64,000 nt of DNA from the NCBI GenBank assembly GCA_964474995.1, contig CAYYUY010000003.1:25347-89346 (forward strand). The letters run 5' to 3'. This document shows, one piece after another, positions 36,577 to 46,525 of the stretch. Position numbers and translations under genes: made by a program. The DNA is from an uncultured Candidatus Saccharibacteria bacterium (GTDB lineage: Bacteria; Patescibacteriota; Saccharimonadia; Saccharimonadales; JALRHH01). The notes beneath the pieces are model-generated. The model searched no databases. It saw only the letters and a list, made by a program, of their open reading frames with translations, and had not been told where the DNA came from. Every line of letters begins with the position of its first letter. Position 1 is the stretch's first letter.

Positions 36577-37434
36577 CTAAATGTAAATTAAGAGTGTCAT
36601 TATTATCCCATATGCTAAGACCATAATTGGGAGATGTTTGTTTTCTAATAGGACACTTACTGGGTCACCCTCCGACTCAGATGACTCTACCGCAAGGCTA
36701 TATGCCATAACAATCATGATTACTACGGGAATAGTTAAAAACATTTTCTCGTGTTTTTGAGCAGGATCAACCGCCCACAAAGAATAGTACGTAACTGCTA
36801 GACCAAGACAAACGTACATGTTTTTATCAAGAAACTCTTGGTTGTAATGTTTATTCACCTTTCGTGTTTTTGTACCATTTGCTCGTATCTCATTGCGTCG
36901 TTTTCCAAGTGCAAGATAGAATGAGAATGCTAAAATCGCGAGATATAACCAATTTGATACATCTATGCTAATGGAGTACCCCCCATACAAAACACGAGTC
37001 ACAAATCCAAGTGAAAGTATTGAAACATCTACAATTGGCACGTTCTTAAGGCCAAAGCTATATAAGATATTTATTAATAGGTAGAACCCTATTAGGCCGA
37101 TTGCGGCAAATGAGAAGCCAGCAAAATATTGGAATATACTAGTGAGTGCGAGAAGTAAACCAATGAGCATGACTGCTTGGTGAGTACCAACAGCCCCAGA
37201 CGCAAGCGGTCGCTTTTTTTTAGTAGGGTGAAGGGCATCGAGCTTCTTATCCTGCAAATCATTAATGACATACACTGCGGATGCAGCCATACAGAATGCC
37301 AAGAATGAAAACATGGCCGGAATTGCATATGCAGAATTGAAAAGATTACCACTAAAGACAAGCGGCACAAAAATTAATATATTCTTTAGGTAGTGTTTTG
37401 GACGAATTAGTTGTAGGTATGGCTTGAGATTCAT
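36577..37434 (-). CDS. UbiA-family polyprenyl-phosphate 5-phosphoribosyltransferase (DPPR synthase-like)
   Basis: LIRPKHYLKNILIFVPLVF and VINDLQDKKLDALHPTKKKRPLASG (NDxxDxxxD) resemble the Rv3806c-type enzymes rather than the quinone prenyltransferases. It has about 8 TM helices. I use the ATG at 37434. Confidence 0.65.
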   Translation of the reverse strand: MNLKPYLQLIRPKHYLKNILIFVPLVFSGNLFNSAYAIPAMFSFLAFCMAASAVYVINDLQDKKLDALHPTKKKRPLASGAVGTHQAVMLIGLLLALTSIFQYFAGFSFAAIGLIGFYLLINILYSFGLKNVPIVDVSILSLGFVTRVLYGGYSISIDVSNWLYLAILAFSFYLALGKRRNEIRANGTKTRKVNKHYNQEFLDKNMYVCLGLAVTYYSLWAVDPAQKHEKMFLTIPVVIMIVMAYSLAVESSESEGDPVSVLLENKHLPIMVLAYGIIMTLLIYI

Positions 37435-37513
37435 AAGTATTTTTATTTCCCCGGAATATGTACATGATACATCGTTTACGACGCAACACATAGCTTACTA
37501 GGCTCCTGCGAAG

Positions 37514-37888
37514 CTAAGAAGATGCTGTTCGAGCAATAATGAAAACACCGATTATTATTATAACTATCCCGAGCCATCTCATTGGTGGAACCGTTTCACC
37601 AAGAAAGAATATCGCGAGAATGGGCGTCACCACATAAGTGAGCGCGAGAATGGGCTGAACATAACTAATATCAAGTTTTGTGAGCAAATAAAGCCAAGCT
37701 ACAGCGGACAAAAAATACAGAGCCATGCCACTCATAATTGTAAAGTTGGTCAAAAATTTACCAAAAAAGATTGCCACTTGGTGAGCTGAATTTAGTTGTA
37801 TATCCCCAATATTCCCCGCACCAATCTTCATCAGTAACGCACCAACTGCACCAAATAAGATTCCTACAATAAATAAGATTGTGTTCAT
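37514..37888 (-). CDS. small EamA/DMT-type four-helix membrane protein (ArnE/ArnF-like lipid-sugar flippase candidate)
   Basis: 124 aa with four TM helices, and EamA-like C-terminal sequence (GETVPPMRWLGIVIIIIGVFII). Confidence 0.55.
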   Translation of the reverse strand: MNTILFIVGILFGAVGALLMKIGAGNIGDIQLNSAHQVAIFFGKFLTNFTIMSGMALYFLSAVAWLYLLTKLDISYVQPILALTYVVTPILAIFFLGETVPPMRWLGIVIIIIGVFIIARTASS

Positions 37889-38070
37889 TTAATCCCCACT
37901 GCATCCTTAAATTCCGTAATCATATTTTCTGATTGTGTATGCATCTCGTTATACCATGCCACTCTACTCTGTGTTCTGTAAACAATGTAATACAAAAAAC
38001 CGAACGTCAAAACGAGTACTATAAATAAGATTGTGATTATATGATCTTTAATATACTTCATAAACTTCAT
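37885..38070 (-). CDS. small membrane protein
   Basis: 61 aa with one TM helix. It overlaps both neighbours, which suggests coupled translation. Confidence 0.4.
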   Translation of the reverse strand: MKFMKYIKDHIITILFIVLVLTFGFLYYIVYRTQSRVAWYNEMHTQSENMITEFKDAVGIK

Positions 38071-39922
38071 ACATAACGTCCTTATATATACTCTTGTATG
38101 CGTTATCTCGTTGGATCCATTTGTGCTCCTTGCTCGAATTACTAGTAAAGATATACCTCACACCCTGAGTCTTAACTTTTGAATACCACTCCGTACTATC
38201 TTTGGCTTGAATATATAACACCTTGTTTGAATAATCTGAGCGCCACAATGGATAGACATAATAGGGTGATGAATCGTAGGCCACTTTCTCTCCTGGCTGC
38301 ACCCTATTCTGGATGAACAGGTATGCAGTGCCTATACTATTTTGATAGGCCACACTGCCTCTTGGGTTGTGTGCTCGGTCACTATTGAGCTGGTCTCGTA
38401 TGACTTTGGGAGTGAAATTACAGAGTGTGAAAGTAGTCGCTATAACATTAATTACCAATAGGACTGCGACAAGTCGCGCAACAGTTCGCGCCCCGTCACC
38501 TAAATACGAGCAAACCAGGCCGAACGCCAGAATACCAACAGCAACTATAAAGATTATGTATCTCGTGTAATAATTTGCTGGGTATGCCATAAAGACAACT
38601 AGTAGCACTGTGCTGAGCGCTAGAAATAAATAGTTCCGTTTTTTTACTGCAATAATTATACCTACTAGAATTGAGGGCAATAAAAGAACAAACCAGATGG
38701 GTCCAAGGCCAGAAAAAGTTGAGTCATAGTTATACAAACATCCAAACCAGTCCTTCTGTTCTGTCCATACAAACCATAACCTCTGTAGCGAGCCTTCAGG
38801 CATCACAGAGAAATTTGAAAAGGCATGCGCAATAAATTCATTAAAACTCTGGCCAGGGAATATTTGAAATCCAAGTGCTTGCAGACCAAATGGGTACAAA
38901 GGGGTCTTGTAGGTAACAAAGTTCTTAACATACCAGTAGAAACCGAAAATCATTGGTAACCCTACAAGTAATAGACGTGTTCCATATTTCTTATAGCTTA
39001 AAACTAGTTTCCTTTTCTTAAATGTCACTATGTTTAAAAGTAGGAACGGCAATGTGGCAGCAACGAGCAATAGCCCCGTCGACTTAACAGATATTAGCAA
39101 TGAAAAGATGATGCCTATCAGCACAAGGTCAAGATTTGAGGGCTTTTTCCTAACCGACATTGCTAGTGCTGCCAAAAATAGTGAACAAAAAATAATATCG
39201 ACGTAGGTTGTTTTTGCTTGATTTATAACGATTGGCAGGAAAACAAGTAGTAATGAGCCAAACTTGGCGTCTCTTTTATTAACGCCGACTCTCAGCGCCA
39301 ACTCATATAGTGATACAACACCGAGAACCAAAAATGGCAATTGTGCAAGATCGGCCAAGGCTTCATTGTATGGAACTATGACATTCCACATCTGTATCAA
39401 TTCACCGCCCTTTGGGTATCCCGCAAGCCAAGGAATACTTGTCGGCAAGCTGGCAATACTGTGTGTCTGGATGGCATTAATGATGAAGGTCATGTGGTAT
39501 GCGTTGCCGTCAACGTCAATTACGGGAAACAATAATCCCAGGAACATAACCCAGGCTCCGATACCAAGTGCTAATATCAAAAGTGCCAAGAACCACCCAT
39601 CTTCCTTGATGCCCCTTATCCAACCCTTTCCAATCCGAATAAAGTCTCTGATATAACGCGAATACACATTGCTACCATACTTTTGCCTGACTAACAGAAA
39701 TATTACTGTCGCAATAAGGACATTAAGTAAAACAAGGTTAAGGCGCGTCAGTAACGACAACATTCCAAGGATAAATTCTGTTGATATGACCTGTGCGTAA
39801 AACAAAACGAAGGTACTTATAAACCTACGCCAGCCTTTTCTAGCCAATGAAAAAGACAATATATCAAAGCTCAAAATAATTGAAAAGCTGAGGACAACCC
39901 AAAGCAAAAAAGCATATATCAT
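38048..39922 (-). CDS. GT-C-fold polytopic glycosyltransferase candidate (ArnT/PMT-like)
   Basis: 624 aa with more than 12 TM helices. It has a DxD-type loop motif (FPVIDVDGNAYH) after the early helices and a soluble C-terminal domain of about 110 aa, which is GT-C architecture. Confidence 0.5.
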   Translation of the reverse strand: MIYAFLLWVVLSFSIILSFDILSFSLARKGWRRFISTFVLFYAQVISTEFILGMLSLLTRLNLVLLNVLIATVIFLLVRQKYGSNVYSRYIRDFIRIGKGWIRGIKEDGWFLALLILALGIGAWVMFLGLLFPVIDVDGNAYHMTFIINAIQTHSIASLPTSIPWLAGYPKGGELIQMWNVIVPYNEALADLAQLPFLVLGVVSLYELALRVGVNKRDAKFGSLLLVFLPIVINQAKTTYVDIIFCSLFLAALAMSVRKKPSNLDLVLIGIIFSLLISVKSTGLLLVAATLPFLLLNIVTFKKRKLVLSYKKYGTRLLLVGLPMIFGFYWYVKNFVTYKTPLYPFGLQALGFQIFPGQSFNEFIAHAFSNFSVMPEGSLQRLWFVWTEQKDWFGCLYNYDSTFSGLGPIWFVLLLPSILVGIIIAVKKRNYLFLALSTVLLVVFMAYPANYYTRYIIFIVAVGILAFGLVCSYLGDGARTVARLVAVLLVINVIATTFTLCNFTPKVIRDQLNSDRAHNPRGSVAYQNSIGTAYLFIQNRVQPGEKVAYDSSPYYVYPLWRSDYSNKVLYIQAKDSTEWYSKVKTQGVRYIFTSNSSKEHKWIQRDNAYKSIYKDVMYEVYEVY

Positions 39923-40059
39923 TCATGACTATGATACTACGACCAGAGTGTATCTGCCACATTAGCAATGAGACATTACTCACCCAACAGCACAAATGGC
40001 ATAGATATTTCATTATTTTTATTAATCAGTGCCGCCTATGCTGCTACAATTCTTACATT

Positions 40060-40725
40060 ATGAAACACACCAAACCTTCAAATATAACAAATGCAGAAAT
40101 TGTTGACTTCCTGTCAACCACCACATCTAATGCAACCTTCTTACAAAAACTAAAGATCAAGTATCGGCCATATGTATGCCCCTTCGATGAGCTATTAGAC
40201 TACGCACGGAATGAACAAAGTGCTTACGACATTGGCTGTGGTTCAGGACAATTTGCCGCCCTAGTTGCTGAGTTTACAGATGTAAAAACTATTAAAGGAA
40301 TTGAGATTGATCCAAGTCTGGTTGAGAACGCCAGGAAGATAAACGCCCGTTTTTCAAAGAAGAAAAAGATTTCTTTCTCTGTATTTGATGGCAATGTAAT
40401 CCCCGACGATATCGCAAAATACGATCTCATTTATATGATTGATGTCTACCACCACATTCCAACAAAAATTCGTGAAGCATTCATGCAACAGCTATACGAA
40501 AAAATGAAAGTGGGAGCCAAATTAATGTTTAAGGACATTAATGCTGCCTCGCCATTTCTCCCGTGCAACAAACTACACGATCTAGTATTTGCACAAGAGC
40601 TGAGCCATGAAATAAGCCACAGGAAAGCCACGAACTTCTTGAGCTCCCTTGGCTTTAAGATCATAGAGTCTCATAAAAAACGAGTTTTTGTATACCCACA
40701 CTACTTCATCCTAGCCCAAAAATAG
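40060..40725 (+). CDS. class I SAM-dependent methyltransferase
   Basis: YDIGCGSGQFAALVAE is the motif I SAM-binding loop. The ATG at 40060 lies 9 nt after TGcTACAAT (40042-40050). Confidence 0.7.
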   Translation: MKHTKPSNITNAEIVDFLSTTTSNATFLQKLKIKYRPYVCPFDELLDYARNEQSAYDIGCGSGQFAALVAEFTDVKTIKGIEIDPSLVENARKINARFSKKKKISFSVFDGNVIPDDIAKYDLIYMIDVYHHIPTKIREAFMQQLYEKMKVGAKLMFKDINAASPFLPCNKLHDLVFAQELSHEISHRKATNFLSSLGFKIIESHKKRVFVYPHYFILAQK

Positions 40726-40753
40726 TTCATGGTTCTTGGTTGAGATTAGCTTT

Positions 40754-42205
40754 TTATGCTTGTGGCTTGTAGGTGGAAACCATTTTCTTTAAACGGTCAC
40801 GAATTGAATCAAAATTCAACCCATCTTCTTCAATAGACTCCAGCATCAAGTTGTAGTTGTGTAGGAAGGCCATGCTGTCAAAGCTCATGTAGTTTTTGGT
40901 CCTGAAGATCTTCTTTACCGCAGTCGAGCTTATTTCCTCTTCTTCGACAAGAACCTCTTCATAAAGCTTCTCACCTGGACGCAAGCCTATAATCTTTATC
41001 TTTATGTCCTCTTCAGGGACATATCCATTAAGAGTAATCAACAGCTTGGCAAGGTCATAAATCTTTATTGATTCACCCATATCAAGCACAAATAGATCGT
41101 TATTTTCTCCCATGACCCACGTCTGAAGCACAAGGTGTACTGCTTCTGGAATAGTCATGAAGAAGCGAGTAACGTCTTTGTGCGTGACAGTAACCGGTCC
41201 ACCCTTCTCAATCTGTTTTTCAAAAAAGGGAATCGCGCTACCATTACTGTTGATAACGTTGCCAAATCGGACCGCGCAAAAGATAGTATCCTTTTGGCTC
41301 TCGGCTAATATATGAATAATCTTTTCGGCCGCTCGCTTAGTCGCACCCATAATATTAGTAGGGTTTACTGCTTTATCGGTAGACACGAGTATGAACTTGT
41401 TGACCTTGTGTTTAATAGCCAGCTCAGCAACGGTCTTGGTGCCAAGGATATTGTTCTTGATTGCCTCTGCTGGATTAGCCTCCATTAATGGTACGTGCTT
41501 ATATGCAGCCGCGTGAAAGACAGTATTTGGCTTATACTCGTTCATGATCTGATTGAGCTTCTTGCGGTCTTTTACGTCACCAATCACAAATTCATAGTCG
41601 CCGTCTGGATTGCTCTCAAGCAACTGGTTACGTAGATCGAATATCCCGTTTTCCCACCAATCATAAAATACAAGCTTTTGGGTTCCGTGGGCAGCAAGTT
41701 GTCTGCTTAGCTCGGAGCCAATTGATCCAGCTGCTCCAGTAATAAGTATTGTTTTGCCTTTGGCATAGTCGCTAATTTCTTGCTGGTCAGACTTCAGGAT
41801 TTCACCACCCAATAAGTCTTCTGCCTTAACTCGACGAATATACTTTAGGTAGTCCTTATCAAAATCTTGGAGTAACACTTCTGAGAGTCGCGGTAGTATC
41901 TTATATACAAGTTTTAGCCCCATGGTGCTTTCAACGATGTTACGAATCGTTTTTCCTCGCTCAGATGGAACAGCAATGAATAGTTCTTCGATATTAAGTT
42001 TTTTGACCAATTCTGGCAAATCAGCAACGGCTCCCATGACCTTCACACCATCAATTGCCGTACCTTGCTTACTCTTGTTGTCGTCAACAAAGCCAATAAC
42101 ATCGAATGGAGATTCTAGGTCCGTCTTGAGGTCGCCCAATATTAATTCGCCAGCCTTTCCGGCGCCTACTATAAGTACTGGTACGGTTCTACTTTGATTC
42201 ATCAA
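40754..42205 (-). CDS. CapD/PglF/WbpM-type nucleotide-sugar 4,6-dehydratase (soluble form)
   Basis: LITGAAGSIGSEL, HAAAYKHVPLME and STDKAVNPTNIMGATKR are extended-SDR polysaccharide-biosynthesis motifs. Confidence 0.8.
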   Translation of the reverse strand: MMNQSRTVPVLIVGAGKAGELILGDLKTDLESPFDVIGFVDDNKSKQGTAIDGVKVMGAVADLPELVKKLNIEELFIAVPSERGKTIRNIVESTMGLKLVYKILPRLSEVLLQDFDKDYLKYIRRVKAEDLLGGEILKSDQQEISDYAKGKTILITGAAGSIGSELSRQLAAHGTQKLVFYDWWENGIFDLRNQLLESNPDGDYEFVIGDVKDRKKLNQIMNEYKPNTVFHAAAYKHVPLMEANPAEAIKNNILGTKTVAELAIKHKVNKFILVSTDKAVNPTNIMGATKRAAEKIIHILAESQKDTIFCAVRFGNVINSNGSAIPFFEKQIEKGGPVTVTHKDVTRFFMTIPEAVHLVLQTWVMGENNDLFVLDMGESIKIYDLAKLLITLNGYVPEEDIKIKIIGLRPGEKLYEEVLVEEEEISSTAVKKIFRTKNYMSFDSMAFLHNYNLMLESIEEDGLNFDSIRDRLKKMVSTYKPQA

Positions 42206-43064
42206 CTATTTCCTTTACGATAAGCTCAAGATTTTTTACTGGCTTCCAGCCGAATTCATCATGAATCCTTGATATATCTGCCTGACACGCGATGAGCGAT
42301 TCGGGCAGATCCGATGTTTCAATAATCTTTGGTCTCTCTGATAGTTTACTATTTTTTAACAGCAAGTCTACGATCTCAGCATTTGTGCTGGCTATTCCAG
42401 ACCCAATATTATAAACGGCGTGCTTTGGCTCTCCCTCAATAAGCAACCTGTAGGCTACGGCAATATCACTCACTGCAATGTAGTCTCGCCTTGAATCAAG
42501 CCGGCTAATTTCTATACGATCAGCTTTGCCCGTCTGCACATCGTTAATCTGATCAAGCAGTTTGGGGATTAAGAACTTCTGTTGCATGCCAGGCCCCAAA
42601 GGATTAAAAACTCTCGCCACTACGACTTGTACGTTCATTTCTTTGCCAACCCGAAGAGCCACTAGCTCTTCGCGAACTTTTGAAAGTGCATATGCATTTG
42701 TGGCATTCAGGGGTGCGTCTTCCGATACAGGGACTTTAGATACCTGACCGTATTCGCCAGCCGAACCAGTTATAATCACCCTTTTAACAGCTACGCCGGC
42801 CAATTTTACGCCGGCCAGTATATTCTCCGTAAACCGTGTGTTGTTGTCATATTCAACATCTGCCCCTACGAGTCCCGCACAATTGATGACCACCTCAGGG
42901 CTGTAATGGCCCAAGTATTCTACAATAGCCTGTTTATCCAAAAGGTCTATACGCTCGCTGTTGCCAGGATTAATGCCTGTCAGCACCTTGTATCCTGCTA
43001 ATTCAAGCTCACTCACTACCGCTCTGCCTATAAACCCACTTGAGCCAAAGACTGCTATTGTCAT
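42189..43064 (-). CDS. NAD-dependent sugar epimerase/reductase (SDR)
   Basis: It has VFGSSGFIGRAV (GxxGxxG) and a YALSK catalytic YxxxK motif. Confidence 0.75.
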   Translation of the reverse strand: MTIAVFGSSGFIGRAVVSELELAGYKVLTGINPGNSERIDLLDKQAIVEYLGHYSPEVVINCAGLVGADVEYDNNTRFTENILAGVKLAGVAVKRVIITGSAGEYGQVSKVPVSEDAPLNATNAYALSKVREELVALRVGKEMNVQVVVARVFNPLGPGMQQKFLIPKLLDQINDVQTGKADRIEISRLDSRRDYIAVSDIAVAYRLLIEGEPKHAVYNIGSGIASTNAEIVDLLLKNSKLSERPKIIETSDLPESLIACQADISRIHDEFGWKPVKNLELIVKEIVDESK

Positions 43065-45367
43065 TTGATGTGTCGCTTATATAGCTTTTTATAATTTGCT
43101 CCGAGAATCCTATTTGAATACTGATTTTCAACCTTTTTTCGGCCTTTGGCTTTTATGTCATTTAGTTTTGTTATGTCTGCCACAAGTAAGTTGACAGTTT
43201 CGGCTATCTCGGCCTCTGACCCTGGTGTTATCACATAACCATCAACACCCGACTCAATGACATCAGCAACCGCCCCTACGTCGGAGGCTATAACAGCAAC
43301 TTCCATAGCCATGGCTTCAAGAATTGATAAAGGAAATCCTTCGATGGAAGATGGGAGGACAAATATATCGGCGGCGCTCAAATAACTTGCGACGGCTGAC
43401 TGGTAACCAAGATATGTGATGCTTTCTGTCTCGGCGCCTTTTATGAGCTTTTCGACTTCTGGTCGCATTGGCCCATCACCAATAATGTAGAATTTTACAT
43501 TATTTGCTTCATTCTGATCGATAACAAGTTTTGCTGCTTCGATAAACACATCTGGGTTTTTCTCTTCTGACAGCCTACCGACAAAGAACACTGCTATATC
43601 ATCAGTACCCAGCTTAAGTTGCGTCCGTTGTGTATCACGGTTAAAGAGCGTTGGGCTAAATTCGTTATAGGCGTCGATGCCGTTTGGTATAACCGTAACT
43701 ACCTCACCGGGCTTGAGCCTCTTTTCAAAGCTTGTTGCAACAGCTTGATTGTCGGTCACATACTCATCAATATAGGGTTGGTATTTCACGGCACCAGCCA
43801 CGTATTCAGGAACCCTGTCATTAAACAAGGTCAGGACAACTTTTAGTTCTGGATGTCTAGCTTTTAGTTCCGGCAACATATCAAATACGAAGCCGTTATG
43901 AACAATGTGAAGGATACTGATATCTCTTGTACTGATGTAGTTCGACATAAATTCAATGTAAAGCCTGGAGTCTTCAAACAAGTTAGGAAGGTGATAAATA
44001 TACGGTGATATTTTACTGAACTTATTTTCCCATTCATTTTTTGACTTCAAGCCGGTAACAAAGGTGATATTAAACGTGTCTTGTAGTTCTCGACAATAGT
44101 TGTGAACCAGTGTTTCAGCCCCACCAAACGTCATCCATGACATAGTCATCATGACGTTCGGTTTGTCCATTTGTTGCTTGTATTGACTACTCCGGTCCAT
44201 GTTCACAAACGTAGTCTTTGGTAACGCAATGTCCTTCTTTGACTGCCGTAACGTCAGTAACTGCTTAACACGCTTCCTGTACTCTGGGTGTAGCGTCTTA
44301 ATACGCTTGAGATTATTCCAGTGCACATCTTTATCATCGATATATCGAGATTGCAATGAGGTACGGTACACGAAAAGCTCTTCAGGTATTAACTTACCCC
44401 AAAAGCCTCTTTCGCTAAGACTAAGCCAAAACTCCCAATCTTCATAACCTATATCCGACTTATATCCATCGGTTGCTTCCCACGCTTCTTTCCTGAAAGC
44501 TGCAGCAGTAATAACCATATTATTTGTAAGCAGCTCTAGTGGATTATATGGCGCGTTCTTATGAACTTCATTGACTACACCAAAGACATCCATGTGTGAA
44601 GTGACGAGAGCAACATCTGGCCGTGCTTCAAGTACGCATAGTGCTTTTTCAATAAATGTCGGGACTAGAATGTCGTCAGAATCTAAGCAAATTATATATT
44701 TTCCCGATGCTTCTCGAATGCCGTTGTTACGTGCCTTGGCGACACCCTGGTTTTCTTGGTTAATAATCCGTGCTTTCAGGCCATCCAAATCAAGATGGTT
44801 AAGTTTTTCAACACTTTCCTTCTCAGGCGATCCGTCATTGACGATAATAACCTCAAAATCCCTGAATGTTTGCGTCTGTAATGATGCAATAGTGTCATCT
44901 ATAGTATCTGCGCGATTGTAATAGGGCACAACGACGCTGACCAGCTGTTGCGTGTCAGCAATCTTGTGATTTTCTAGCTCCGTAACGCTAACTTGAACTA
45001 TGGGACGACTCTTTGAAACGCCTTTTTTTACCTTCCTATATGACTGCTTCACAGCAGTTCGTACAGGTTCAGGAAATGCTGGTGCCACAGTGACCCTAGT
45101 TTTTTGGAAAGCCTTCTTGCCAACATGAACAGGAATGTTCTTTACGCCACCCGCGTTATTAATTAATGTTCCAGTGCGATCCCTAACCTTAATTATTTTA
45201 CCCAATACTCGAGAGTTTTTTAGTCCATGCAGCTCGTCTCGAACTTTGAATAACTGTCCCCTCAGCCTGAATATTTCTTCGTTGAGTTCAGCAATTCTAG
45301 CATCTGACTCGGTCGCCTTAATATTTTGTGATAGTACAGGCTTTTGAGACTTACTTTTATCTGTCAT
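43061..45367 (-). CDS. bifunctional GT2 plus GT4 glycosyltransferase with an N-terminal coiled coil
   Basis: The GT2 part is VSVVVPYYNRADTIDDTIASLQTQTFRDFEVIIVNDGS...DSDD. The GT4 part is LPSSIEGFPLSILEAMAMEVAVIASDVG. The N-terminus is heptad-like (IAELNEEIFRLRGQLFKVRDEL). Confidence 0.75.
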   Translation of the reverse strand: MTDKSKSQKPVLSQNIKATESDARIAELNEEIFRLRGQLFKVRDELHGLKNSRVLGKIIKVRDRTGTLINNAGGVKNIPVHVGKKAFQKTRVTVAPAFPEPVRTAVKQSYRKVKKGVSKSRPIVQVSVTELENHKIADTQQLVSVVVPYYNRADTIDDTIASLQTQTFRDFEVIIVNDGSPEKESVEKLNHLDLDGLKARIINQENQGVAKARNNGIREASGKYIICLDSDDILVPTFIEKALCVLEARPDVALVTSHMDVFGVVNEVHKNAPYNPLELLTNNMVITAAAFRKEAWEATDGYKSDIGYEDWEFWLSLSERGFWGKLIPEELFVYRTSLQSRYIDDKDVHWNNLKRIKTLHPEYRKRVKQLLTLRQSKKDIALPKTTFVNMDRSSQYKQQMDKPNVMMTMSWMTFGGAETLVHNYCRELQDTFNITFVTGLKSKNEWENKFSKISPYIYHLPNLFEDSRLYIEFMSNYISTRDISILHIVHNGFVFDMLPELKARHPELKVVLTLFNDRVPEYVAGAVKYQPYIDEYVTDNQAVATSFEKRLKPGEVVTVIPNGIDAYNEFSPTLFNRDTQRTQLKLGTDDIAVFFVGRLSEEKNPDVFIEAAKLVIDQNEANNVKFYIIGDGPMRPEVEKLIKGAETESITYLGYQSAVASYLSAADIFVLPSSIEGFPLSILEAMAMEVAVIASDVGAVADVIESGVDGYVITPGSEAEIAETVNLLVADITKLNDIKAKGRKKVENQYSNRILGANYKKLYKRHIK

Positions 45368-45493
45368 ATTAGCCTAGTATACCAATTTATTACATGGTTG
45401 ATTGTATAAATCTCAAGTTTCGTTTCTTGGTCATATTTTTCTTTCATAGCCCTGTGGTATCATGAGCTAATAAGTACAGTAGGGGAAGCTTGA

Positions 45494-46525
45494 ATGTTTA
45501 GTGGAAAGACTTTGCTAATTACTGGTGGTACGGGCTCGTTCGGCAATGTTGTTTTAGAGCGTTTCCTTGAGACGGATGTAAAGGAAATCCGTATTTTCTC
45601 ACGTGATGAGAAAAAACAAGATGACATGCGGCGCCGATATAACAACCCAAAACTATCATTCCATATCGGAGATGTGCGCAATATCGAAAGTGTTCGTAGG
45701 TCTATGAGAGGTGTTGATTATATATTCCATGCGGCCGCACTCAAACAAGTACCATCATGTGAATTCTTCCCCATGGAAGCTGTCCAGACAAATATAATTG
45801 GTACTGATAATGTTTTATCTGTTGCAGCTGAATTTGATGTCAAACGAGTTGTGTGCCTTTCAACTGATAAAGCAGCCTACCCGATCAACGCCATGGGTAT
45901 CAGCAAAGCAATGATGGAACGGGTCATCGCTGCGCGTGCTCGTGATCTCGGAGAAGCAGGTAAAACAGTCGTCTGTTGCACACGTTATGGCAACGTTATG
46001 GCCTCACGCGGCTCGGTTATACCCCTATTTATTGAGCAGATAAAAGCAGGTAAAGACATCACGATTACTGAACCGAAGATGACTCGCTTCTTGATGAATC
46101 TTAATGAGGCTGTTGACCTTGTACTCTTTGCATTTGAAAACGCTAAGCCAGGTGATTTATTCGTTCAGAAAGCACCTTCGGCAACAATTGGTGACCTTGC
46201 TCAAGCCTTGATTCAACTATTCGATTCAAGATCAAAAGCTACTGTTATAGGGGCCCGACATGGTGAAAAAAAATACGAAACACTTATGACACGTGAGGAA
46301 AGTGCAAAAGCCGAGGAAATGGGCGAGTACTTCCGAATTCCGGCAGACACGAGAGATCTTAATTATGGTAAGTATCTGAATGATGGCTCTACAGAAATAT
46401 CTGAGGCAACCGAGTATAACTCAGAGAACACGACTATTCTTGACATTGAAGGTATAAAAAAGAGGTTGTTGGAGGTGGATTTTGTTATCGACGAAATGAA
46501 AGGAAGCAGGGCACATCTGACATGA
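45494..46525 (+). CDS. UDP-GlcNAc 4,6-dehydratase/5-epimerase (FnlA/CapE/WbjB-type)
   Basis: The N-terminus KTLLITGGTGSFGNVVLERFLETDVKEIRIFSRDEKKQDDMRRRYNNPKLSFHIGDVRN is nearly the FnlA/CapE consensus as I recall it. Confidence 0.85.
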   Translation: MFSGKTLLITGGTGSFGNVVLERFLETDVKEIRIFSRDEKKQDDMRRRYNNPKLSFHIGDVRNIESVRRSMRGVDYIFHAAALKQVPSCEFFPMEAVQTNIIGTDNVLSVAAEFDVKRVVCLSTDKAAYPINAMGISKAMMERVIAARARDLGEAGKTVVCCTRYGNVMASRGSVIPLFIEQIKAGKDITITEPKMTRFLMNLNEAVDLVLFAFENAKPGDLFVQKAPSATIGDLAQALIQLFDSRSKATVIGARHGEKKYETLMTREESAKAEEMGEYFRIPADTRDLNYGKYLNDGSTEISEATEYNSENTTILDIEGIKKRLLEVDFVIDEMKGSRAHLT

